A stretch of 63,024 nt of DNA, filler included, from Licmophora abbreviata (lineage: Eukaryota), in the NCBI GenBank assembly GCA_900291995.1. It is 11 parts of 11 records of this genome, joined end to end, with 100 filler letters (N's around TTAATTAATTAA, not from the genome) between each part and the next. Parts side by side here need not be neighbours in the genome. Positions count along the whole stretch, not along the records: positions 1 to 3,380 come from OLMU01003144.1; positions 3,481 to 9,137 come from OLMU01003145.1; positions 9,238 to 23,625 come from OLMU01003146.1; 8 more parts are not named here. One strand, 5' to 3'. Position 1 is the stretch's first letter; every line of letters begins with the position of its first letter. Below the pieces are notes generated by a model. The model had not been told where the DNA came from, searched no databases, and saw only the letters and a program-made list of their open reading frames with translations. The translations under genes were made by a program, and so were the position numbers. Below are positions 1-10,271 of the stretch, piece by piece.

Positions 1-235
1 TGGGAAACACGAACGCCATCTGCGACAATATAACGACGACACCAAACAAGGATGCTGATGGCATCCTTTTAATGAGTGCGTCTATTCTAACATTGTAGTA
101 CAGAGAGTCCGTCGTTTCCTTGGGCTCACACGAGAGTAAGAGAGAAATAAGCGATCGGCTGAGAATTCTTTTTTTACCAAATTGAAAGAAGCAAAGTCTT
201 GCATCATCCCTGCTTCGTCCTGTGTGGGCGAGTCT

Positions 236-236
236 C

Positions 237-282
<46 letters not shown>
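236..282 (+). repeat. (ACA)n microsatellite upstream of the SET gene
   Basis: About 15 perfect ACA/CAA units read directly. Confidence 0.95.
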
Positions 283-334
283 GTAGTAGTATTACTCAAG
301 ATCCATTGCATTCCGTGCAGTTTGTGCAAATACA

Positions 335-2363
335 ATGAAACGCAAGTCCAGAATACGACCGCTCTGTTGGGTCGTTGTGATTGCGTCCACCCTTGGCGGG
401 TGGTGGCAGGGTGTCCAGAGTGTTCCCACCATTCGCAATGGTCATTCTTCTTCTTCTTCTTCTTCTTACAGCAGCACTAGTACAACAACTACTTCGACTA
501 CAACTAGTGATTCCTTTCCCCAGTCAGCACCACAGCAGCACGATAGTGAGAAACGACAGGAGCAGCGACCGTCGGTGTCCGTCAAAGCTCCCGTGACTGC
601 GACGAATCCCAAATTGGTCGACTACTACTCTACACTGCAAAATTCAATACCGACCGTGGTATCGAAAGAAAAGACAGTGCTACAAAGTAACGAGAGTCCA
701 CAAGAACAACGAAAGAGTGCGGATGACTCCTTCATGGTGTGGCGAAGTCAAGTCTTGGGGATTGAAACGTCATTGGTCATTCAAACCTTTGACTATTTTG
801 ATTACATGCAGGCACATATGCTGCAAGACGACGACGACGAGTTTGATCCAGACGATCCCTTTTGTGAGTTCTATCAGAGTACTAGTAACCAGGAGGAAGA
901 AGAGATTGCTACGACTGTGGACAAGCTGCCCATGCTTCCGGTGCGTGGATTGGCGGCATCGAAGAACATTTCTGTTGGGGTACGTCAAAAAGAATGTTGT
1001 GTGTCAACCATGCTTTTTCGTACGGATGGACTGTTATCTGACTCGTCATCATGTCTATTCTTTTTCATGTTTGCCTCTTCTGCAGGAAGTTGTCATTTCG
1101 ATTCCCTTTCATGCCTTGATTTCGGTCCCCACCACGATCGATCATGATCCCGTTCTGAGTCGTATTTTGGGACCCGAGGCACGAGCCAAGCATGGATGGG
1201 AGGACGCCTACTTTGAAATGCCGCTTCTTACGGTGGCCTTGCTCTATCACAAACACTTGGGATCTGATTCGCCTTTGCATCATTACTTGGAGCTCTTGTT
1301 GACGAGTGAAAGTGGTAGTGAGACCAATAGGATGCCGTCGTTGTGGTCAAAGCGCAGATTGCGACAGGAAGCGACCGAGGGTATTAAGAAGATTGCTCGT
1401 GGTATACAGAGGGACATTCAAGAAATGTATCAGACCATTGTTGTTCTCGTCTTGATGGAGGATCATCCAGAGTTGTTTGGTAAGACAGAGGATGATTGGG
1501 CATACTCGTATGCAAGCTTTCAGTGGGCCTTTGCCATGGTGAATTCGCGGCATTGGAGTTTGCCAATACCAGATTTGGATCTTGTCGTGGTGGAACTGGA
1601 CAAGTCTGCTACCAGTGCTGGGAAGGATGGCGATGGTGGTGACATGCTCAAGAGTGTACCGACGGTTAATAGCGATCGTGCAATGCCGGCTTTGGGGGAG
1701 CAGGTTCCACCGGCGGATCAACCTACCGAGAACTGGGTGAATCGTCAGAAGGACGCTGAGAATAGGGTTGATGGAGCGGCGAATAATGAAACAAGAACGG
1801 CTGGACCCAAGAGTCATTCGTTTCTTGCTCCAGTGGGCGATTTGCTCAACTTTGGTCCTCCGTGTACACGTGGACAGTACAATAATGAGAAGAAAGCATT
1901 CGAATTGATTGCGACATGTCCGTTTGCGACTGGACAGGAAGTCACATACTGGTACTCGGATGACTGCGACGATACCATTATTGCAAACTACGGATTCACG
2001 CACCCTATGGTTCCCCAATGCCCCTCCGTGGAAGATTGGCGAGAGCAGACGGAAGCATGGCGGCAGCAATCGGAAATCCTTGAGGAGAAGTTGGAGGCCG
2101 CTTTCGACGAACTCGTGCAGCTGGATGAGGAGGTGGATGAGCTACATGCGCTGATTGAAAAGTGCGATTGCAATGATGATGACCAGCCGAGGCGTCGAAA
2201 ACCCCGAGCGGAGGGATCTCGCAAACAGGCGTCGACCAAACTCAAACAAGACGGGCACGAGGCAGGAGTTCGTGGTGCTGGTGGACAAAAAGGTCACACG
2301 GATCACGAACGACAAAGGATCCGAAGGAAGTGGCCGAATAAGAAGTCCGATCTTGGCTTGTAA
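335..2363 (+). CDS. SET-domain protein lysine methyltransferase (Rubisco-LSMT/SETD3-like fold) with N-terminal signal peptide; exons 335-979, 1086-2363
   Basis: Intron 980-1085 (GTACGT...TGCAG) joins two ORFs in frame: RGLAASKNISVG|EVVISIP. Motifs FQWAFAMVNSR, LAPVGDLLN, GQEV..WY, ANYGF. Hydrophobic N-terminus and C-terminal coiled coil. Confidence 0.85.
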
Positions 2364-2642
2364 ATTAGTGTCTGTAGCCTTTTTTTTTGTTAGAGAGCAT
2401 ACGTGGATTGTAGCTATGGTCGTTCTGACTCTCTAGAGTACGCTTGCCGGTGGCGTACCGCTGAAGCGTTGGTGAGCTTCATGTGCGTCATATGGATTCT
2501 TCCCATTCACGGCAAGCGCGTAACTTCCCAAAAAACATTACGTTCAACTTGAGGCGCAACTTCAGCATTAAAGTTGCCTCGGCGTCACAGTGTTCTCCAA
2601 ACAAAACTAAGTAAGAGTAAACGACGGTTTCTCCGCGTGAGA

Positions 2643-5277
2643 TCAGTAGCGCTTGTCACCGCTTGCTGCGTTCACGAGTGTTTGCCAGCCAAAGGATCCG
2701 AGGCCTCCTCTGCTCGCTTGCACAAGCCGCTGTGATGCGATGGTTCCCGTTTGGACTATTGTTGGGACGGCCTGTGCACATCAAGAGGCAGCAAGGTTGA
2801 GTTGAAGGACATCACGGGACAGCAGGGCATTCTTTACCAGAAATGCACGTACCAGAAACACCTTCTCCACGACGAACAGAGCAACGTCCAAGCCTCGAAG
2901 GGCAATGGTTGAAAGGAGATTGTCCTCGGTCGCTTCTGCGGATTCGACCTCGCCTTCAGGCACAGCCGCTGTCGTCCTAGCTGAATTCACAGCGTTGTCA
3001 AAGTCTTCGTCGCTCACCAGTTCTGCGGTTGCTCTCCTGGCACCATTATCCGCTGTTCGCCTTGAGCTTGTGTCTACGGAGAATGAATTTCTGTCGAATT
3101 CGGTGGAAATGACCTGGGGGTTCTGCGCTTGAGATCTGGACTTACCCACGTCGGACCAAGAAGACGCACCCGATGATTCATTCATGACTTCGGCTACAAC
3201 GGTTCGGTCCGGTCCGAGCCAATCTGATTGTACCTTGTCTCCATTGATGACAACATCTCCGTCGGCCATCCAAGCTCTTGCATCCACGTCGGGTTCTTCT
3301 GTCGGTGCGTCCGTGAACAAGATTTCGAAAATTGATCTCTTCTTCTTCTCCGTCTTTGGTGAATCAATCTTCTGTTTCTCNNNNNNNNNNNNNNNNNNNN
3401 NNNNNNNNNNNNNNNNNNNNNNNNTTAATTAATTAANNNNNNNNNNNNNNNNNNNNNNNNNNNNNNNNNNNNNNNNNNNNCAGCACCGGTCCATCTTCGC
3501 CTCCTTCCTCGGGGCCGTACAGAATGGTGCGCAGGTTCTGTCCTGCAGTGAAGCTGACTCCCGATGCCGCAAGGGAAATAATCATGTCGACACTATTCTT
3601 GACCTGCTTCATTCTCTCCACCATTTCGTCTACGGTAGGAAACTCATTTTCTTGCGCTGCGCTCCCCGTCAACCTCCAAGTCGTCGCGAGCGCATATCAT
3701 AGCTGTCACCACCTCCTTGAGTCCTTCCTCTTCGATGATCGACACTCCTTCTTGCAACGCTTCTGGTGTCAACCACGTTTCAGTTGGGCTATCGATACAC
3801 ATCTGAATCCTATCAATGACACGGAACTCCTCTGCGAGCAGCTCAGCAATAGCTTCGTCGGCGGCCACTGCTATGGTACTTTCAACGTCCGCAGCACCGA
3901 TCATTTCCCGGATCGTTTCTTCTTGCGCGTCTACACTTCCTGATAGCGCCTTGATCCATCCATCTCGCTTTGCCGCCTCCAGCAGCCGCCCCGTTTGTTC
4001 CGCCCCCGCTGCAATCGCTTTTCTCGCTCCCTCGCTTCGATATCCTGGCTTGCTACTTTCCACTTGGAGTTCTCGTTTCATTTCAAACGCTGCATCAACG
4101 ACACCTCCAGCAGCTCGCCCGACGTTCACGACTTCCTTTTCTCGTTTGAGTTTCGTCTTTTTTCGGCGATTGAATGCCCGACGCTGTCGTTCTGCATTGT
4201 TCCCAAGTCCAGCAGGCGCCACGCTCCGCAGGCCCCTCGCTACCGGTCCCGCCGAAGAAGTCGACGTGGTCTCCCCAGATAGGATATCCCGAATCGACTG
4301 TGTCACACTCCTGATCTCATCCCCAACAGTATTAAACTCTTCATACAGATTGTCCACATCCTCCAGTCTCCTCGTTGATTGCTGCTGCTGTTGCTTCAAT
4401 TCTTGCATTTCCTCAAAGGAACTTGAGTTTCCCAACTGCCGCACGGCCGTGCGCATGGCTCTTCCGACCGCCGCCCCCGAGGTTCCACTGGCCGGCAGGG
4501 CCCGTCCGACATCGCGCACGGCACGATCCCACGCAAACAGGCCCACAGAGAAGGCCAGCTTCGTATCACGTTCAATGCGATTCACAATGTAAAGCCGGGC
4601 ACTCTCCAACACATCGCCTCCCTTGCGCTGAAAGGCCTTCCACAATTTGGTGTTGGTCAATTTCTAAAGAGAGTGAGAGAGAGAGCAAAAAGGGGGGGTG
4701 AGCAGCATGCACCAGCCTGAAGTATGATGACTGCAGAGTATTGCCTATTCTATTGAGCACACGAGCACAATGTGGATACCTTCATGGATTCAGAGGAAAA
4801 CTCGCTCCCCCCTTCATCTCCTCTTGGTACGGTGGGTGCATTCTTGGGTGCGACACCTCGTTCCAAGAGCCTCTTCATGTTTTCCTCTTGCTGCAGATCA
4901 AGCTTACTGTCCTCCTGCAGCATATCACGCAAGACACGGGCATCGAGCTCGCTCAGTACAGGACCTTGTTCTTCGCCGTTCCTCCTGTTGTTGGTCACAT
5001 CGTGGCTGCTAGAAGAAGCGGGGTGACGAGCAGAGGAAGTTTTTGACTGTGCTGTTGTGGAAAAGGAGGGTTCGTCGTTGGCAGTGCGAGTTTCTTCGCT
5101 GGTCGCAAAGAGAGCTGAGGAGAAGGAAGGTAAGTCCGTCCGTCTTACATGTCTGGAGAAGCTTGGGACCGTTGGATTTTGCAGAAAGGCGTGACACTGG
5201 TGCAAACGGATGATTCCGAGCATCGTCCGTGACACCGCGAGGAGGATGAGGAACGAACTTTTACTCGATCTTCTCAT
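2643..5277 (-). CDS. Hypothetical, probably plastid-targeted protein; introns 4664-4779 and 2772-2852; crosses gap 3381-3480; apparent +1 frameshift near 3665
   Basis: ATG at 5277 gives signal peptide ending CHA-FLQ. Canonical introns restore the frame (SMK|KLTNT; VFL|AVPT), ending ...GDKRY-TGA at 2643. Removing one G of GGGG at 3664-3667 joins ORFs 3644-4660 and 3433-3672. Confidence 0.7.
3381..3480. other. Assembly spacer N44-TTAATTAATTAA-N44 (also at 9138-9237, 23626-23725, 26677-26776, 29195-29294, 34483-34582, 39273-39372, 45619-45718, 49784-49883, 56314-56413)
   Basis: Identical 100-nt linker carrying stop codons in all six frames, repeated ten times; artificial. Confidence 0.98.
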
Positions 5278-5736
5278 GCTTCTCAATGTTCTGACAATTT
5301 CGACGAGCTAATCCAATGTTCCTTACAGTCCAAGAGAAGCTGCGCTGTCTGTTGGTCGTCTAGCGACGAGAGGAAGTTTGTAGAGTCGACAACCAAGGAC
5401 ACCCACCAACAACGACACTGAACGACATCTTCTCTCGACTCGCGAGTTGACGTCTGTGATTTGAAGCTGCTGCGTAGGAATGGTAACTATTTCTACGTGA
5501 AACCCCTCAGACGTCATCCAAGGTCGTCTATGCGAGGTTCCGAGCGAGCTCTTTTGTGGATTCGAATCATTCGAATCAATCGATCGATTCGATTCGGCAT
5601 TCGACCACGTTAGACAACAACATTTGGCCATGGACTTGACTCATCTTAGTTTACCGAGTCCTGCAAACTAACTTATCGTTTACTCTCTACGATCTCGTCC
5701 TCCTTCTTGCTTCCTCCTAGTTATACGAATTTTTTT

Positions 5737-6332
5737 CTATTTCGTATAACGAAAGATTTTGGGAGCGACGCACTTGTCAATGCAATGCACCATGTCAAAG
5801 TACCAGGCTTCACAATCGCCCTCCCCCTTGGTTGTAATTCGTTGCACGCACGCATCATAATTGGCCTTGGGACCAGGACATGTCTTGAGACAGTCCAAGC
5901 GCAATTGGGGAAGCGGGTCGACCGGCTCTTCTGCTTCCGACTGTCGTAGTATAGTATTGTAGTTGGAGTGTGGTGGGACAATGAAAGGGTTAACAAAAGA
6001 GTTAGTTACGGCACAAGAGATTGAATCGATAGAAGAATTCTGTCGCTCTCTACCCACGCAGTGAGCCTGGAGAAGACGCTGGAGGATCCCAAGCTGATGC
6101 GCAAGTCTACACCGATACTCCCATCGAATATACGTAGAAAGTACGTAGATACTGGTACTCCACGTCATCCGTCCGACCTCATCGTGAACTGCACCGCCAC
6201 CCACGGACCGAAGGGCTCTTTCTCCCGATTGAGTCTCTTCTTGGATCTTTTTTACATTTACTTTCTCCACACATTGCAACAATCCTACAATCCATGCACA
6301 ATTCCAAAGAAAATCCCCTCGCTACGCACCAT
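5737..6332 (-). CDS. QCR6: Cytochrome b-c1 complex subunit 6 (hinge protein); exon 1 is ATG only (6332-6330), exon 2 5940-5737
   Basis: EEPVDPLPQLRLDC...C....YDACVQRI....GDCEAWYFDMVHCIDKCVAPKIF is the UCR_hinge signature. ATG|GTGCGT donor and CGACAG acceptor at 5941. Confidence 0.9.
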
Positions 6333-6336
6333 GGTC

Positions 6337-6523
6337 GTGTGTGTGTGTGTGTGTGCGTGTGTGTGTGTGTTGGATCTCTCTTTTGTGTCTCGAACTAAGA
6401 GTGCCAACGCGCGCAGACTTCCAACACACTCTTCGAGTGACGGTAGAGTGACGGACCGTCCTGTCTTCGGTCGCACGACGAGCAGCCATCAGTTTTTGGT
6501 CACCAAACACACACACACACACA
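6337..6523. repeat. (GT)n tract 6337-6370 and (AC)n tract ~6507-6522 between divergent QCR6 and HAT genes
   Basis: Read directly. Confidence 0.85.
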
Positions 6524-6779
6524 TCACAGTATGATGTGCGATGCTCATCTTCGATTGTTCTGTACCGTAGCGTGTTGTCGTCGTCGGAGCGTCGTCATCG
6601 TGTGAGCTACTTACTGTAGTCGTATTGGGTGGAAAGGTCGGAACTACAAGAGGGAAAGAAGTGTGAGACCCAAGTTAGACTACCCGTGGTTTTTTCGCGC
6701 GCACCACTGCGTTTCATTTCTAGCTACCTGTACTACTACCGGTGCCTTCCATCACGGACCGCGACACCAGCAGAACACA

Positions 6780-9700
6780 ATGGGGTTCTGTCAATACAGT
6801 ATTTCAATACTGTTTATACTTCTGGGCTATGTTTATATCGGGGTCTTGGCCTGGAATCCCTCCATACCTTTTCGGAGGAGAGTACAGAGACAGTGCAGCT
6901 GTGACGGAAGAAGAATATCACTCGTACTCCTTTCTACCAGAAACGCAGCGACTCATCGTGCTACTTTGAAAGAACGCACTACTTTTCTATCTGCCTCTGT
7001 CGACACAAGAGGCAACGACGTCTCGGAAGGATCATCATCCTCGCCAACGAAAAAGTCTGGCAGTAGGCCTCCTTTCCAACAAAAGAAAAAGCATCCCTTT
7101 TATAAGAAGAAGAATCCATCCCGAAAGCACGATCCGCGACAACGAACGAGATCTCTCTTTCAAAAGGCCAAGTCCCTGGAACGCGCTGGTCAGTGGCGAC
7201 AAGCCTCGTCGCTCCTATCGGAAATCCTGCAACACGATCCCGCCGATGCGCACAGTCACTTGGCACTGGCGAGACTGGAAGCGAGACGAGAACATGCGGT
7301 TGTACTGAAACAACGCTCGGAACGACAGGGTGTGGTCATGGTCAGCAACGCTCGAAGTGCCTTTCGAAATGGCACGTTGCAGTGTCCAAAGAGTGTACAT
7401 TTGTGGCAGGCGTGGGCCAAGTACGAAGCCGAGTCTTGGGGGAATACGACGCGTGCGCAAGAATTGTTCGAAACGGCCTTGACACTGGACGCCTACAATC
7501 CTTACGTTTGTCATGCGTATGGGCTCATGAAGAAGAAGCAAGGGCACGTCGATGCAGCAAAGGCTCTATGGGAACGCGCGCTGGCAAAGCGGCCGACGGC
7601 GGCGCTGGTGTGCTCGTTGGGGGAACTCTTCACGTCGCAAGAGCTGTATGAGGAAGCTCGTTCTCTCTATGAGCACCACGTATCATCGTGGCTTTCGAAT
7701 GACCGAGAACGAACTGAAGTTTACTTGGCATGGGCGTGGCTGGAAGAACGGTATTTTCACAATGTGGAACGGGCTGAGGAACTCATGCAGCTGGCACTGC
7801 TGCAGAGTCCAGGAAATAGTCGAGCGCAAGTGGCTCTGGCACGGTTAGACGGACGACACAAGAAAGGAAAAGATGCTGCCGTGCGACGACTGGCCTCAGC
7901 TTGTCTAAATATGGACAATACAAAGGGTCGGCCAACCGATGGACGACTGTTCAATGCCTGGGCCCACTTGGAAGTCAAGTCTCGCCACTATGCCAAGGCG
8001 CGCAAGATTTTGCACCAGGGGATGAAGCAGTTCCCCAAGGATCAGTCGGTGCGTCGTGATGGTAGGCGGATGTTGTTTCGATTGCAAGAGCGTTCACGGC
8101 TTACCATTTTATTTCTTTGTTATACGTCCCCCGAATGCAGCTCTTCCAGGCAGCGGGTAATGTAGAAGAGAGAAGTGGGAACTATACGGGCGCCCGTGCA
8201 TTGTACAGCACTAGTCTGGGTATTGAACCATCAGCGCCAACATTGGTTGCCTATGCCATGTTGGAACTGCGTCAACCGGAAACAAAGCCTGTAAACTACA
8301 CAAGAATAGAACGTCTCTTTGAAGAAGCCTTGCTCTTGGATCCTCGCCATGGACCGGCTTACAATGCTTACGGAAATATGGAGCTTCGGCGAGGTCGAGT
8401 ACAAGAGGCGCGAAAAGTCTACGAGTGTGGGGTAAAGGAGCAGTGTTCTGATGCAGCGTCGGTTTTTCATGGACTGGCCAAACTGGAACTGTCACAAGGA
8501 AATGTAGATTCAGCACGCGACATTCTCGTCAAGGGCTTGCGTCAAGTGGAAGCCCAGCAGAGATTCATGGATTCGAGAAAAAGTGAGCGGAGCGCGTTCT
8601 TGGCTCATACGCTTGGCATGCTGGAGCTCAACAGCAATCGAGCTGCCGAAGGCATGTCTGTATTCCAAGAAGGCATTGCTCGACACGGTAATTCGTCCCA
8701 GCTCCTGCTGGGAGCTGCTCTCTGTGAAGTGAAGCTTGGGATGGAGGAGTCTGCTCGAACTCTTTTCGAACGATCTGTCGACGCGGACGATCGACATGCG
8801 CAGGCCTGGCAAGCCTGGGGCGTCATGGAAATGCGAGCCGGGAACTTTACACGAGCACGACAGCTGTTTGAACAAGGAATCAAGAGCGTCCCCACGCACG
8901 GTGCTCTGTGGCAAGCCTACGCTAGCATGGCGGGAAGACTAGGGAACAGCGAAAAAGCTCGCATGTAAGTCGAAGAATGTGCATGTTACTAATAGACATA
9001 TTTGAGACCTGACCCGGTCGATTCACTCACTTGCGCTTTGTCGTGGATCTTTCTTTGTTGGATAGTCTATTCCAAGCAGGCATCAAGAAATGTCCTCGTC
9101 ACGTTCCCTTGTATCAAGGATGGGCGTCATTGGAGCTNNNNNNNNNNNNNNNNNNNNNNNNNNNNNNNNNNNNNNNNNNNNTTAATTAATTAANNNNNNN
9201 NNNNNNNNNNNNNNNNNNNNNNNNNNNNNNNNNNNNNGCGGCACGCCTCTGGGTGGCTCGTAGCTGCTGAGATTGAAGGAAGACAGGGCAACGACGGACT
9301 GGTCGGCCTAGTGCTTCGACGAGGGATTGAATGTGTCCCCATTGAAGCCGAGCTATATCGAGCCTTGGGCGATCACTTGGTGGCAAGAGGGCGAGTCAAT
9401 GATGCTCGCGAGATACTTGAAAAGGGCCTCGAAGTGAACCCACTCCACGCTCCCCTATACCATTCCCTGGCCGAACTGGAGGCTCGCGTCTTCAACCTGA
9501 ACGGTCTTGCTAAACTCAACGAACGAGCCTCGCAGCTCTTCCACAGGGATGCTCTCGCATCCTCTTCGTTCTCCTCCAAGGCCTTAGGACGAAAGATTCA
9601 GATGCGACAGTCGCGAGTACCTCCGCGAGGAGTCGCGGTGCTTTCGCAAAAGGTGGGCGAGGACGACGATGACACGAGTGTCGTGGACGAAATGCTGTTG

Positions 9701-9889
9701 CTGGAATCTAGTGAACTTGACGCGTTTCTAATGGAAGAAAACCAAGTGGTGAATGACCTGTGCACTATGAGGAGGATGTGTTTTCTACGCTGCGCAATGA
9801 AACGGGCAGCCGAATGGAGGACTGAAGCGTTGGATGACTCGTCGCATATAGCATTGAGACTACTTCTGAGTGGGTACCAAGTACCATAG
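6780..9889 (+). CDS. HAT/TPR-repeat RNA-binding protein, Mbb1/HCF107-like (plastid psbB/psbH mRNA maturation family); introns 8049-8140, 8965-9065; crosses gap
   Basis: Many HAT repeats (LWQAWAKYE, AWQAWGVMEMRAGN..RARQLF, LYQGWASLE). Introns restore the frame (KDQS|LFQAAG; ARI|LFQAG). Signal-peptide N-terminus. Exact C-terminus uncertain. Confidence 0.8.
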
Positions 9890-10271
9890 GTAGTTTGGGT
9901 TCTAGCTATAATAGAGTAGATTGGTTCATGCTGTTCTGCTCTCTTTGCTTCGTTTTTACGCCGGGGGGCGGATTGGATGAAGGATTGGGGATAGGGATAA
10001 AATTTGGCGATTTAATATATATTCAAAGCTATATACGCGTGTAATGATCAATTGTAACTCCTCATAACTAAATCCGTAGCAGAGACGGAATGAGCGAGCA
10101 CCTCGCTTGGTCTGCTTTCCCGAGTCGCGTGACGGTTGGCAACAGCACCATCACATGTTTAGACTACCTGTTACTTTGCCCATGGTCCTGTGAAAAAGAA
10201 ACGCCTGTTGCACCGCTACTTCCTTGTCGTCTCTCAGATCGTCAGTACTGTAGTACAGGCTCTATCTCGTC

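Noticed and set aside
3425..3436. Recurrent TTAATTAATTAA palindrome
   Set aside because: Always embedded in N44 flanks; an artificial six-frame-stop linker
3644..3670. Euplotes-like programmed +1 frameshifting (AAA-TGA at the end of ORF 3644-4660)
   Set aside because: Other frameshift sites share no slippery-stop motif and go in both directions; homopolymer error is simpler
3816..4592. Long antisense/overlapping ORFs (also 1347-2069, 24506-25084, 27228-27749, 31445-32020 and others)
   Set aside because: Shadows of genuine genes on the opposite strand; no independent motifs
5720..5750. loxP-like site (TTCGTATA)
   Set aside because: Arm sequence, orientation and spacer do not match loxP
5941..6329. 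Intronic C/D snoRNA in the QCR6 intron
   Set aside because: No convincing RUGAUGA/CUGA pair on the sense strand
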